Positions 8,239-19,622 of a DNA stretch of 64,000 bases are shown piece by piece. Made by a program: the position numbers and the translations under genes. The notes under the pieces were generated by a model. It did not search any database and was not told the origin of the DNA. It saw only the letters and a program-made list of their open reading frames with translations. Location of the stretch: the IMG/VR virus record IMGVR_UViG_3300011559_000001, positions 160,001 to 224,000 of that record. One strand, 5' to 3'. The stretch comes from a virus. Lineage: Duplodnaviria > Caudoviricetes. Numbering within the stretch: the first letter of the stretch is position 1; each line of letters starts with the position of its first letter.

Positions 8239-10554
8239 TTAATCCGTACGATCGGTTTCGGCGGAGAACACGTTGATGATTCGACCGGGCAACGTCTGCC
8301 CTGCCCACATCGACGCACGCGCCGGGGACTTCCAGCTGGTCCAGTTTTGCATCTGACGATAGCGGGCCAGACGCCAGCGCCGGTTGGCGTAGGTCATGTC
8401 CTGCCAGCTCAAACCACCCAGCACAGCCAGATAGTCGGTGAAGCTGTTATCGTCATCGTAGGTGCCCTTCTGGAAATACGAGGCCCACTCCTGTCCAGTC
8501 TGTCCGTTACCGGCCAGCGAACCCAGTGCGTCACCGGTGGCCTGCATGGCCATATCGGTCAGACCGAAGTTCGAGTGGATCGGCAGGTGCATGATCGAGG
8601 ACAGGTCAGTGATCGTGAAGGTCACATCGATGCCCAGCGCATCACCGTCTTGCGTCCAGCCCAGGTTACCCACACCACGGGAGACCGACATCTCGGTGAT
8701 CATGCCCAAGCGAATGGCATGACGACCGCGACAGTACGCCTCACAGATGAACGGTGAGGTGTAGGAGCGCTTACCGGTGGACAGCGGCAGCGCCGCAGCC
8801 AGCAGCATCGACAGCGGGATGTACAGGTTCATCAGACGCGACATGCGCGTACCGTAGGGGCTACGCAGTTTGATCGTGTACTGAGCGGTGGGCAGGTTAG
8901 CCGTGGAGTTGGACCACGTCTTGGGGATGTCCACAAACGCGTTACCGGCCAGCGCCAGCAGGCCCGACATCTGGAAGCCTTCCAGGGTACCGGAGACGAA
9001 CTGATTGACCGCCGACATCACCTGATCCACACCGGGGATACCCAACTTACCGTTGGCCCAGTCAAAGCGAGCCGACTTGGCACTGGAGGAGGTGGAGTTG
9101 AACTTCTGTGCGATCTGGGACTCTTCCACCGAGGAAGAGAACGACTCTTGGGTCGAACCGGTGTAGGAGGTACGGAAGGTGACGTACTGCGCACCGTCGC
9201 GACGCTCGGCTTCAAACATCGACTTGAAGCTACCCAGCCAGCTCTGGTCGGCACCGGCTTCCTTACCCGAGCCCATGTTGTACCACGGACGGCCACCGTT
9301 TTCATCCACCGATTCCACTTCGGCGTTCATGTTCGGCGGGGGCTCGCCACTGGCCGACTGAGTCGGTGCTGGGGCAGGAGCCGGCGCATCAGCGCTGGCA
9401 CCACCACCTTCCAGATCGGCCGTTGCAGTGGCTGCTGCCGTACCGTCCAGCTTGATGTAGTTCTTGGCAGCACCATCGGAGGTATTGCGATCGGAGGACA
9501 TGTAGTCCTCGCGATACTTGTCGATGCCGTAGGACTCAACCTTCTTCAGACCGCCCTGCTTGAAGGCCCAGTCCGACAGTTCATTGATTGCGCCCTTGTT
9601 CCATTCACCCTTGATCTCGTTGACTGCGTTGAACAGCTGGGACGCATCGTTGAGAGTTTCCAGCTTGTTCTGCAGTTCGGTGTTGAAGACGTTGGCGATA
9701 CGCTGCGCACGGTTGGCAATGGCGAACACGTCCAGACCGGCCGGCTTGTCACCAGAGCTCAGGAAGATGTCGGGCAGCACCTTCTGATACTCGGTCAGCA
9801 TTTCCGCTTGGTTGCCGATATGGTTGGCGTCCAAGCCCATGACCTTGGTCTGTGCTTCGGTCAGGGCCATCGGGATCACACCGAGGTTGACCGCAATACC
9901 GTTGGCGATCGTGTTGACCGCTTGCCAGTACGGGTACATCGTCGGCTTCAGGTAGTAGTACTTGGAGGCAGGCCATGCACCGAGGTACTTGATGATCTGT
10001 CCACCCAAGATGATCGGCTGCAGTGGCAATGCCAGCAAGAAGCCGAAGGCCTTACCGGCGGTGGCAAAGACCGAAGAGATTCGACCGGTACGCGACACCA
10101 GCGCGGCATCGGTACTGTAGAAATTGCTGAAGAACTGAATCAGCGAGTTGTACTCCGGCACACCAAAACGCATCACAACGTCTTGGCCCCAGTCATCGAT
10201 GGCTTCGCTGTAGTAGCGACCCATACCCGCACTGGGAGTGGTGTACTTGGAGTTGGGATTGTCACCGTCAGTCATGAACCGGCCAGTGGACATCATCCAG
10301 CGAATACCACCGCGAGTCGTGGACCCGTTGGTAGCACCGCGCGAATACGGTTCACTACCACCGACACGAATGTCAGCGTAGCGAGTGAATTGAGGCGGGG
10401 CGTTGATGGAGAAGTTACCGCCCAACGTGGTGTCGGTGAACTTGTATGCCGCCGACGTGAGGACGCGGCGACGCTGATCAACTTGGTCCAGTGCCGACTC
10501 CGGCAAAAGAAACGATTGCTGGACCCAGACCTTGTCCTTGATACGAAACGTCAT
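8239..10554 (-). CDS. tail/baseplate-hub virion protein (phiKZ gp182-like)
   Basis: 771 aa directly downstream of the tape-measure/lysozyme; YTSPF...LGMITEMSVSRGVGNLGW...IDVTFTITDL tube-like strands. Confidence 0.7.
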   Translation of the reverse strand: MTFRIKDKVWVQQSFLLPESALDQVDQRRRVLTSAAYKFTDTTLGGNFSINAPPQFTRYADIRVGGSEPYSRGATNGSTTRGGIRWMMSTGRFMTDGDNPNSKYTTPSAGMGRYYSEAIDDWGQDVVMRFGVPEYNSLIQFFSNFYSTDAALVSRTGRISSVFATAGKAFGFLLALPLQPIILGGQIIKYLGAWPASKYYYLKPTMYPYWQAVNTIANGIAVNLGVIPMALTEAQTKVMGLDANHIGNQAEMLTEYQKVLPDIFLSSGDKPAGLDVFAIANRAQRIANVFNTELQNKLETLNDASQLFNAVNEIKGEWNKGAINELSDWAFKQGGLKKVESYGIDKYREDYMSSDRNTSDGAAKNYIKLDGTAAATATADLEGGGASADAPAPAPAPTQSASGEPPPNMNAEVESVDENGGRPWYNMGSGKEAGADQSWLGSFKSMFEAERRDGAQYVTFRTSYTGSTQESFSSSVEESQIAQKFNSTSSSAKSARFDWANGKLGIPGVDQVMSAVNQFVSGTLEGFQMSGLLALAGNAFVDIPKTWSNSTANLPTAQYTIKLRSPYGTRMSRLMNLYIPLSMLLAAALPLSTGKRSYTSPFICEAYCRGRHAIRLGMITEMSVSRGVGNLGWTQDGDALGIDVTFTITDLSSIMHLPIHSNFGLTDMAMQATGDALGSLAGNGQTGQEWASYFQKGTYDDDNSFTDYLAVLGGLSWQDMTYANRRWRLARYRQMQNWTSWKSPARASMWAGQTLPGRIINVFSAETDRTD

Positions 10555-10621
10555 GCGAATGCCTCGTGGTTATTGAAAGCCCCGGGGAGGAAACCCTCCC
10601 CGGTTCTCGTTTTCAACTACT

Positions 10622-13600
10622 TCAACCGCCTTGGTTGAAGCGCATGCTTACCGGCAGCGGCTTGCGTTGATTCTCCACCGGGCGATCCCGACGCGGAGTC
10701 ACCGCCTTGGCCGGTTCGGCCGCCGGCGCTACCTGCTCTTCAGCCTTACCGGTGGTTCCGCCGCGCTGAAGGATCTGGCGCAGCATCGACACGGTGTCAG
10801 CGGTGTTTTGCTGGATGCCCTGTTGGACTTCCAGCGACTTCTGGAGGATCTGACCCACTGCGTTCATCTGGGCCTGGTCGGTAGCAGCCAGTCGCTGGGA
10901 CTGGGCTTCGGCCTGACGCTGCTGCTGAGCCAATGCCTGACGCTGCTTCTCAGCAGCGGCCTGACGACTGGCCTCATCACGTGCAGCTGCCGCGGCAGCG
11001 GCATCCAGAGTGGAGGTCGTGTTGATGTCCGGTGTCGCCGCAGCCGTAGTCGGTGCAGCAGCCACAGCCGAAGCACCGCCAGCTGCCGCGGCAGCGTAAC
11101 CGCCACCGGAGGACAACGAGTTGGTACCGGTGCTTCCCGCAGACACTGCCGGCGCGCTGCCCACGGCGGGCATCTTACCAGCCGCATCCGCACCACCCAC
11201 ACCACCGGTAGGACCGCTGGCCGTGGTGGTCGTGTTGACCGGCTTGTTGGCCGTACTGTCAACACTGGAGGTCACACCTGCAAACGCGTTGGTCGCAGTA
11301 GCAGCCGGCGCAGTGGGAGTACCACCTTGCTGACGACCACCGTACACAGCCTGGGCCTTGTTGACCTTCTGCTGCATCAACTGATAGACACCACCGACGG
11401 TCTTGGGGCTGGACAAGTTCGGAACGTTCTTGTTGCCCTGCTTCATCATGTCGTAGAAGATCCACTTGTTGGCCGCAGCTTCCTTGGGGAAGGTTGCCGG
11501 GGCATTCAAGTTGGGATCCTTAGACAGGAAGTTAGCTGCACCGCCTGCGCCCATGAAGTGGGCCATGTACATGTCCGTCTCATTGACGCCACGACCGATG
11601 CGACCCTTCAGGATATTGAAGTTGTCCTTCAGGAACATCGCACCCATCAACGCATTGGCCTTCGGATCAAACGGGCTAGCCGTCGGATTGATGCCGTAGG
11701 TCGAGCCGTACTTCTTCAGCATGCCATTCCAGGTACCGCGAATGAACTGGAACAGACCCGAGGCCGAAGAGGTCGGAGCTTTCGCACCGGGGTTGAACGT
11801 GGACTCGATCGAGCAGATGGCGTAGAGCATGTTCGGATCCACACCAGTCATCTTGGCCACAGCGTCGAACAGCGGCTTCAGTACTGCAAAGCGCTGGCCG
11901 GGCTTCATGGCCGCAATTTCTTCGTTGGACGGAACATTGGGCAAGGAGTTGATGTCACCACCGGTACCCTTACCCGGATGGGACAGTCCCGGACCAAAGC
12001 CCAGTGCGCCCATCGCTGCTTGTCCAGGCAGCATCGCTGCCCGACCCACCGTACTCAATGCGCCACTGACGTCACCGTTGGTGGCCTGGCCCCACGCGTC
12101 CTTGGCCATGTTCAGGCCACGAGTTGCGGTGTCATTGATCGTGTCAACCGTGCGACCCAACCAGTTACGATCATTCTTCGATCCCAGCATCCAATCAGAG
12201 GCTGCCGAGAAGTTGCTCTTCATGGTGTCCATCATGGCACCGAGCATACCGCGGTTTTCCTTGACCGCCGAATCCTGACCGGGCAGCTTCTCTTCTGCCA
12301 TGGCCTTTCCTTCTGCCTGCTTACGCAGGACCAGCATCGATCCGGAGATCGCATTGGAATCGCTGGTGAGCTTTTCGTTGTCGCTCCACGGGGAGAAGGT
12401 CCACGACCAGATCGAACGTTCATCCGGACCCTTGGCGTTGAGCATCTTCTGCGCAACGGTCAACATCTGATCCGGCTTGAGCAGCTTCTCCGGCGCTTCC
12501 GGATCGGCGTTAGGCGACTGATCCTTGACGGCTTGCATGTAGGCCAACGCGACCGGCTTGAAGCGGTTGCCAAACCAGCCACACCAGCGAATGCGATCCT
12601 TCGGACTGTTGGGCGTCAACCCGAACAGACCGGCCGCGGCCATGTACACCTGTTCGGCATCCATGGGGAAATGCGCACGACCGCTACTGGACATCGACAC
12701 CTTACGGAAGATGAGGTTTTCCAGTGCTTGCATCGCACGCACCCGATCGGTGTCCAGATTGGTCAGACCGTAGGCGCGGTAACGCATGGCTTGCAGAGCC
12801 GAGATCTTACCTAGGCGAGCCGTGGGCGTACTCAGGAAGTGATCGATACCTTCGGTGTTCTTGATCGAACCCTTGGTCTCCAGCATGTTCATGCCCGAGC
12901 TGGCCTCAGTGGTGGCGGCCGTCAACTTGGCCCCTTCCTTCTTGGCTTCGCTCTCATCCATCTTGTTCTGCACGTAGTTCATCAGCAATCCACCGCCGGG
13001 AACCAGCACAGCACTCAGACCCATGGCACGCTTCTTCCACTTATCAAGCGACTTCTGACCTTCCGACTTCCCAGCTTCCTTCATGGCCAGGTTATAGGCG
13101 TCTTCGATGTCGCCGACGTTGGTGACCGCAGGCTTACCGTCAAACGGACCCGCAGTGATTGCGTACAGGTTACGGGAGATGGTCCACGCCTTGTTGAGCA
13201 GCTTGGTCAGCGGCTCACCGCTGAGCTTCTCATCGGCATCGAGCAGGGCCATCTTCGGATCGATCTCACGCAGGGACTTGACCCACATCAGGAAGATCGG
13301 CTTGAAGCGCTGGTTGTACCAGATGTTGAACGCGGCACGTTCTTGGTTCTTGTTGCTGAACCAACCGTCCTCCATGTCCATCACCTTGTACACGTCTTCC
13401 ATCGCAATGTCCTTGCCGCCCGAGCTGGACTTGGAGACAATCTCCAAACCACCGCCGCGCTCACCGATGTGATCGAGCAGCAACTCTTCGAGCTTGAAGA
13501 CCATCTTGTTGTTACCTGCATCGCCCGGCTCAACACCGTACTGCAGATAACGGAAGCGACGCACCGGAGTGAGCGAACCGTACTTGAACTGCTTGTAGCC

Positions 13601-16600
13601 GTAGTAGATTGCCACACCAGCCGCGGCCACAGCCGCCGCACCGATGGCAATGGGGATCCAGATCGGAGCACCTACCACGGCAGCAGCCGTACCGGCCGTA
13701 CCGGCAGCGACAGTACCCGCCGTAGCAGCAGCACCTGCGCCAGCGGCCGCCGTACCGGCAGCCGCAGCGGTGCCCGCTGCGGCAGTGCCCGCGGCTGCCG
13801 CGGTGCCTGCGGCCGCCGTACCTGCGGCTGCGGTGCCGGCCGCGGCAGTACCCGCCGCTGCAGTGCCTGCGCCGGCCGCGGTTGCACCACCACTGAACAG
13901 ACTACCCAGCCACGGCAAGCCTCGGGCCAGCTGTGCGTACATAGCCACATCCGATGCGGTGTTGGCCACATCACCCACACCACCAATGACCTTACCGGTG
14001 GTGCTGTCTTCGTCTACACCCATGGCATCGGTTGCAGCACTCACACCGCCAGAGATCAGCATGCTGGCCAGCAGGGCCTTGGGATTCATCAACCCCTTGG
14101 CGCCACGCTTGAGCATACCCGGCTTCTTACCACGGGCAGCGCGTTGACGACGCAGCTTAGCAGCTTGGCGATTACGGGCGCGACCGCCCTTGGTCCCCTT
14201 ACCGCGCTTGGCCTTTTCAGCAGCCTTCTTTTTCTTGGCTGCTTCATCGTCCTTACCGCCATCACCACCAGCGATGATCGTGGTGTCACCACCACCGCCG
14301 TCATCATCGTCATCGTCGTCCTCTTCGGAGTCGCCCCCGCCGAACAGACCCTTGGCCTTGTTCTTGAAGAACGACAGTAGGCCGCCGACGCCCCACTTCT
14401 TGTCCTTCTCGTCCTTTTCCTTCTCAGCCTTTTCGGCCTTAGCCTCTTCGGCATTGATTTCGTTCTGCTCCTGCCAGGAACCCTTACGGGCCTTCTTGCC
14501 GGGCAGACGCTCATCGAGCACCGAGAAGATCTTGGACAGCCATTCGACTTGCTTGGCCCCTTGCTTTTCAAAGGGGTTGAGCAATGCACCGAGGAACTTG
14601 AACGGAGCGCCGAGGACGCCACCACCAAAGCCCATCAGTCCACCGAACAGCTTCCCGTAGCCCTTCATAGCGCCGCCGAACAAAGCACCGGCACCCTTGA
14701 CCATCGAGATCGCCGCACCGCCCAGAGCGCCAATGGCGCGCATCAGCGGGGTCTTCAGGGCCATGCCCCAACGACCAACGATACCCGGTTCATGGATTTC
14801 GGTTTCGTACAGAACGGTCTTGTCGTCCTTGGACGCCTTGTCTTGTCCAGGCAACAGCTCCTTGATGTCACCGTAGATGTCTTCGTAGGTGGTGACCACC
14901 TTACCCGTCTTCTTGGCACCGGCATTGTAGTACCGGCCGGTCTTCATCTTGGAGGCCATCAGACGCGGGGAGGACTCGCCCTTGACGTAGACGTCCACTT
15001 GCTTGTTGGTGGCCCACTTGAACGTGGCACCGATGGCCTTGACGCCCAACGCAGCAGCCTTGAACGGCAGGGCCGCCAGATTACCATAGAAGCTCACCGT
15101 GGCGCCGGCCAACGTCTTGATCGACTTGGTGGCCAGACGCACCATCCCTGCCGGACCCTTGACGAAGATACCCTTGTCAAAGCCTTCCTGATCCAGAATG
15201 GTTTCACCGTTGGTGACATCCATCACCGGACCGGTGACATCACGCCAACGGGTGATCTTGCGCTTGGTGTTCAGGTCAACGAAGTGACCCATCTTGATGC
15301 GCTCGGCCGTCATGATCGGCTTGCGTTCGCCTTGGACGTAGATGTCCTTGATCTGGCGCACGGCATTACCCAGTCGGGACGTTACACCGCCTGCCACAGC
15401 ACCGGCGCCCTTGAAGACACCGCCCACTGCGCCAGCAGCGCCCTTGCCGACCATCTTGGTCCACCACATCGTGCCCTTACCGGCCAACTTTGCAGCGCCC
15501 CATGCACCCTTGATGCTACCCAGGGCAATGGAGTCCAAGAAGCCACGACGGAACCCACCGCCACCACCGCCGTCACCACCACCGCTGCCTTGGGCAGCGA
15601 TCAGCTCAGCGATGATCTTCAGCAGGTCCACCTGTTCACTGTTCAGGCGCACCAGTTCCGGGTTGTCACCCAGAGACCCTGCTTCACGCGGAGTGAAGGG
15701 GTTGTTGGCCGCTTGTTGGTTGGCCGTGGTCTTGGTGGTGTTCATCGCCGCAGCGGCCTGTTCGACCTGCGCCTCAGCGCGAGCCTTCAGTTCTTCAGCG
15801 TTGGTCTGCTGTTCCACCGTACGACCATTGACACGACCACCGGCAGTGTTGACGGCATTGGACACCCAGTCCTGAGCCCCTTGCACATGCGCACGCAGGT
15901 TGAAGGTGACCTTCTCGCCTTTGTTGTTGCGCAGGCCCTTGGCCAGCTTCTCAATACCGATGATGGCATTGGAGGCCATGTCACGGACCGGACCCTTGAT
16001 GTCTTCCCACTTACGGATGGGCAGACCGGAGACGGCGTCGCGATACGAACCGGCCAACAACTTGGCTTCGGTCAGCAGCGCTTCTTTACCACCTTCCTCA
16101 AACAGGTCCTTGGCCTTACCAAAGCGTCCCTTGACCTCACCTACGAACGCATTGCGCAGGCGCTCTTCCGGAGACATCTTCTTGGAACGGATGTCGTTGT
16201 AGTCAGCCTGTTCCACCATATCCAGAACCGCGCCCACATTCAGACGATCGTTACCGTCCTTATCACGGGTGAGCAAGTTCTGATCCATCAGCGCTTCACG
16301 TTGACCGATGGAACGGTAGACGCTGGAGGCGGTCACCGGTGCCTTAGCACCGAAGTTGATCTCGTGGTATTCTTTACTGCGATCACGCATCCACTCATTG
16401 CGACCAACCTTACCGTTACCCTTGCTGGTCTCCGACAGGATGGCCTGCAATTCCAGCTTGGCCTTGGCCGACAGTTCCGGTGTATCGCTGGCCGGAGAAG
16501 TTAGACGTTCCAAGTCAAACGGTTCGAGGTTCATCGAATCCAACAACACCTGACGGAACAGACCCTTGCGAGTCTCAGCACTGATGGGCCGATCGCCAAT

Positions 16601-18085
16601 CAGTTCGTCGATGAAGTTGTTGACGTTGCGCTTGTCATTGGCGCGATCGTTGGGCGTGTAGATCTTCTTGGCTGCGTCACGACCCACAGCACCGACGGAG
16701 GTAAACTCACGACGGTCGTGGTTGTACATCTGAAGCTTGGCTTTGGGATCATGCAGACGAGCAATGCCGTGGTCGATGCGTGCGAGCAGACCCGGGATGA
16801 CCTCCACCAACGTACGCTGGGAGAGCTTGTTCCACGAGGCCGGCTTGTCCAGACCACCCACCCCGTCGCGACCGACAGTGGTGTCAAAACGTTCCTTGCC
16901 CAGGATCGACTTGATGATGTCAATGCCTGCGCCCTTCATGCCCGTTTGCTTAGTCGAACTACGGGCCCAGCGGTTGGCTTCAAAGGGCAGGTTCTGAACC
17001 AGCGACTCCAAGTCGAAGCCGCTGTTCTCCACACCGGGGATGCGCTTGAGCAAGTGCTTGAGCGCAAAGCCCATGCCGTGCTTCATCGCACCGCCACCAG
17101 CCATCGCCGCCAGCATCTCCAGCAACGGAGGACCGTCACCGTCAGTGTCGAAATTACTCAGCGCCATATCGGCGCCGCCCAACACACCCTTCAGGGAGGA
17201 CTTGGCACGGTCACCCATCTTGCGCAGGTAATTGGATGCGAACTTCGTTGCCGAGTTCTGCATGCCACCGAGCATCTTGGTGCGGAAGGTTTGCTTGGCG
17301 GTGTGTGCCAGATCTTGTTTGGCAATGTCGGGCATCGCCGAGTTCTTCTGGATCGCTTCCAGCAGCGCCGTATGGCGACGGGTGGTTTCCACCTGCAGAC
17401 GCAAACTGTCACGGGCCACGAAGTACTGGCGCGTTTGCAGTTCCAGCGTCTTGCGCTGCCAACGGTTGGTGATCTGGTCTTGGTAGTCCACCAGTCGCAT
17501 CATGCCCTGCTGCATGATGTTCAACGCATGCGACTGATCGCGCGTGCTCTTCATCAGCTGGGCGTGCTGGACCGAACGTTCCATGCGCTCTTCGGCCGAG
17601 CGACGTGCATCGCCCTCGGCCACCACTCCAAAGACCTCGCCGAAAATACGCTGCTGCTCGGCGGCCTGCAGTTCTGCCGGGGTGGCATTACGCGGCGGCG
17701 GCTTAGAGAAATCCTCCAGCTTGGCGTAGGTCTCCTTGTCCAATCGCGTCTTGAGCTTGGGCAGGTGACGGGCGGTAATACGACGCATGGCCGGCAATGA
17801 AGGTTCCAGCTCCTTCATAGCGACATTATGTAGCTCTTCTCCTTGTCGGACGACGTCGGAGGCAAGAGAGAAGACGTCACCATATCCCTTCGGGAGCGCT
17901 TTCTTCATCGCGTCCTGGAAGGTGGCAGGCGTCTTCAGGGCATCTTTTGCCCCTTGCTTGAAACTGGTGGCTACCCGCGTGATGACGCCACGCTTCGTTT
18001 GATTCGAAGCGGGCTTAAACGGGTCCTCGAACTCATAGTCGAGTGAGCGATCCCAATCGAGATCGCCCAGTTTTTGCTTCGTCAT
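10622..18085 (-). CDS. tape-measure-like tail protein with C-terminal lytic transglycosylase (phiKZ gp181-like)
   Basis: ~2490 aa; SLT motifs AICSIESTFNPGA, SASGLFQF, YMAHFMG; hydrophobic segments; GGAG RBS before ATG 18085. Confidence 0.9.
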   Translation of the reverse strand: MTKQKLGDLDWDRSLDYEFEDPFKPASNQTKRGVITRVATSFKQGAKDALKTPATFQDAMKKALPKGYGDVFSLASDVVRQGEELHNVAMKELEPSLPAMRRITARHLPKLKTRLDKETYAKLEDFSKPPPRNATPAELQAAEQQRIFGEVFGVVAEGDARRSAEERMERSVQHAQLMKSTRDQSHALNIMQQGMMRLVDYQDQITNRWQRKTLELQTRQYFVARDSLRLQVETTRRHTALLEAIQKNSAMPDIAKQDLAHTAKQTFRTKMLGGMQNSATKFASNYLRKMGDRAKSSLKGVLGGADMALSNFDTDGDGPPLLEMLAAMAGGGAMKHGMGFALKHLLKRIPGVENSGFDLESLVQNLPFEANRWARSSTKQTGMKGAGIDIIKSILGKERFDTTVGRDGVGGLDKPASWNKLSQRTLVEVIPGLLARIDHGIARLHDPKAKLQMYNHDRREFTSVGAVGRDAAKKIYTPNDRANDKRNVNNFIDELIGDRPISAETRKGLFRQVLLDSMNLEPFDLERLTSPASDTPELSAKAKLELQAILSETSKGNGKVGRNEWMRDRSKEYHEINFGAKAPVTASSVYRSIGQREALMDQNLLTRDKDGNDRLNVGAVLDMVEQADYNDIRSKKMSPEERLRNAFVGEVKGRFGKAKDLFEEGGKEALLTEAKLLAGSYRDAVSGLPIRKWEDIKGPVRDMASNAIIGIEKLAKGLRNNKGEKVTFNLRAHVQGAQDWVSNAVNTAGGRVNGRTVEQQTNAEELKARAEAQVEQAAAAMNTTKTTANQQAANNPFTPREAGSLGDNPELVRLNSEQVDLLKIIAELIAAQGSGGGDGGGGGGFRRGFLDSIALGSIKGAWGAAKLAGKGTMWWTKMVGKGAAGAVGGVFKGAGAVAGGVTSRLGNAVRQIKDIYVQGERKPIMTAERIKMGHFVDLNTKRKITRWRDVTGPVMDVTNGETILDQEGFDKGIFVKGPAGMVRLATKSIKTLAGATVSFYGNLAALPFKAAALGVKAIGATFKWATNKQVDVYVKGESSPRLMASKMKTGRYYNAGAKKTGKVVTTYEDIYGDIKELLPGQDKASKDDKTVLYETEIHEPGIVGRWGMALKTPLMRAIGALGGAAISMVKGAGALFGGAMKGYGKLFGGLMGFGGGVLGAPFKFLGALLNPFEKQGAKQVEWLSKIFSVLDERLPGKKARKGSWQEQNEINAEEAKAEKAEKEKDEKDKKWGVGGLLSFFKNKAKGLFGGGDSEEDDDDDDDGGGGDTTIIAGGDGGKDDEAAKKKKAAEKAKRGKGTKGGRARNRQAAKLRRQRAARGKKPGMLKRGAKGLMNPKALLASMLISGGVSAATDAMGVDEDSTTGKVIGGVGDVANTASDVAMYAQLARGLPWLGSLFSGGATAAGAGTAAAGTAAAGTAAAGTAAAGTAAAAGTAAAGTAAAAGTAAAGAGAAATAGTVAAGTAGTAAAVVGAPIWIPIAIGAAAVAAAGVAIYYGYKQFKYGSLTPVRRFRYLQYGVEPGDAGNNKMVFKLEELLLDHIGERGGGLEIVSKSSSGGKDIAMEDVYKVMDMEDGWFSNKNQERAAFNIWYNQRFKPIFLMWVKSLREIDPKMALLDADEKLSGEPLTKLLNKAWTISRNLYAITAGPFDGKPAVTNVGDIEDAYNLAMKEAGKSEGQKSLDKWKKRAMGLSAVLVPGGGLLMNYVQNKMDESEAKKEGAKLTAATTEASSGMNMLETKGSIKNTEGIDHFLSTPTARLGKISALQAMRYRAYGLTNLDTDRVRAMQALENLIFRKVSMSSSGRAHFPMDAEQVYMAAAGLFGLTPNSPKDRIRWCGWFGNRFKPVALAYMQAVKDQSPNADPEAPEKLLKPDQMLTVAQKMLNAKGPDERSIWSWTFSPWSDNEKLTSDSNAISGSMLVLRKQAEGKAMAEEKLPGQDSAVKENRGMLGAMMDTMKSNFSAASDWMLGSKNDRNWLGRTVDTINDTATRGLNMAKDAWGQATNGDVSGALSTVGRAAMLPGQAAMGALGFGPGLSHPGKGTGGDINSLPNVPSNEEIAAMKPGQRFAVLKPLFDAVAKMTGVDPNMLYAICSIESTFNPGAKAPTSSASGLFQFIRGTWNGMLKKYGSTYGINPTASPFDPKANALMGAMFLKDNFNILKGRIGRGVNETDMYMAHFMGAGGAANFLSKDPNLNAPATFPKEAAANKWIFYDMMKQGNKNVPNLSSPKTVGGVYQLMQQKVNKAQAVYGGRQQGGTPTAPAATATNAFAGVTSSVDSTANKPVNTTTTASGPTGGVGGADAAGKMPAVGSAPAVSAGSTGTNSLSSGGGYAAAAAGGASAVAAAPTTAAATPDINTTSTLDAAAAAAARDEASRQAAAEKQRQALAQQQRQAEAQSQRLAATDQAQMNAVGQILQKSLEVQQGIQQNTADTVSMLRQILQRGGTTGKAEEQVAPAAEPAKAVTPRRDRPVENQRKPLPVSMRFNQGG
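13680..13885 (-). repeat. intragenic (AAAGT)n peptide repeat, degenerate 15-18-bp units
   Basis: GTAAAGTAAAGTAAAGTAAAGTAAAAGT... immediately before a TM-like segment. Confidence 0.85.
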
Positions 18086-18155
18086 TGTTTTCTCCAGGCC
18101 TGATCTTATTAAGGCAGGCCGTAGGCCCTCATTCATAGTTTAAGGAACCTTTCCG

Positions 18156-19622
18156 ATGTCTCCTTTGGAACTACCGTTCAATGTGGAGATCTTCCAGCCC
18201 ACGGATGAACGGCTGCGACTCCTCAAGCCGGTCACCAGTACCGACTACCACGAGAACACCAAGGGCGACCTCCACGAGGACGGCCTGTTCTCGATCAGTA
18301 TCTTCGGGCGCATCGGTGATGAAGCCCGCGATCGTCGGTTCTCGTTTATCGACATCAAAACTGAAATCTTCCACCCGATCATCTACAACCGTCTGATCCG
18401 ACTGAAGAAGCTGTATGGGGCGATCCTCAACAGCGAGCAGTATGCCGTCTGGAACGAAGAAGCTCACGACTTCATGCCGTCCAATGAAATGGATGGTCGT
18501 ACCGGTTATGCCTTCTTCTGCGAGCACTGGAAGAAGCTGGTGTTCAACCGCAACAAGTCCGACGTACGTGACTTGCGTGCCAAGCTGGTGGAGAAGTATC
18601 GTGGCGAAGCCATGACCTCCAAGATCTTGGTGTTGCCTGCGGGTCTGCGCGACATCGAGGTGGATGAAAACGGTCGCACCAACGTGCACGAGATCAACCC
18701 GCTGTACCTGAAGCTGTTGATCGCCTCGTCCACCTTGCCGGCCAGCGAATCGGTGCGAACCGATCCGACCTATGACCGAGCCCGTGTGCTGTTGCAGCGC
18801 GCCTTCAACGACATCTACGATCTGATTGAAACCATGCTCTCGGGCAAGAAGGGTTTCTTCCAGGACAAGTGGGCGGCCCGTAACGTGGCCAACTCCACCC
18901 GTAACGTGATCACCGCCATGGACACCTCCGTGGCTGAACTGGGTGCTGTCAATGCACCACGCTTCACCGACACGATCGTGGGCCTGTGGCAGTTGTCCAA
19001 GGCCGTACTGCCACTGACCATCCACCAACTGATGAAGGGTTACCTGAGTCAGGTCTTTGCATATGGCAATCGCCAAGCGCGTCTGGTCAACCCGGACACG
19101 CTGGAGGCAGAGATCGTGGAAGTGTCAGCTGACTACTACGACAAGTGGAACACCGTCGAAGGGTTGGAGAAGATCGTCACCAGCTACAAGGAACTGTCCT
19201 TGCGCAACAAGCCGGTCAAGATCGATGACTACTACTACATGGCCCTGCTGTACGCCCCGGCCAACCGTACGGTCTTCAAGATCTTCTCCGACATCAACGA
19301 GCTGCCCGAAGGGTTTGATCGCAAGGACGTGCGGCCGATCAACCTGATGGAACTGCTGTATTTGTCCGGGTACAAGATCTGGAACGACCAGGTCGGCACC
19401 GTGACCCGTTACCCGATCACCGGGTTGGGTAGCTGCTATCCCACTACGGTCTACGTCAAGACCACGGTGGTGGGTGAAGTGCGCGGTGAGCTCGATGACA
19501 ACTGGGAACTGCCTGACTCAGGCACCGAGCATATCGCTCCGGAGTTCCCCACCTACGATCCGCTGGCCTACCAGGACAGCCTCGTAATCCCCAGTACCCG
19601 CCTTGCGGGTCTGAGTGCCGAT
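18156..19622 (+). CDS. virion RNA polymerase beta' catalytic subunit (phiKZ gp180-like), exon 1
   Basis: DGLFSISIFG, VLPAGLRD, GKKGFFQ, VTRYPITG; ends LAGLSAD at the intron. Confidence 0.9.

Noticed and set aside
13680-13885. CRISPR-like array
   Set aside because: In-frame degenerate coding repeat with no spacers.
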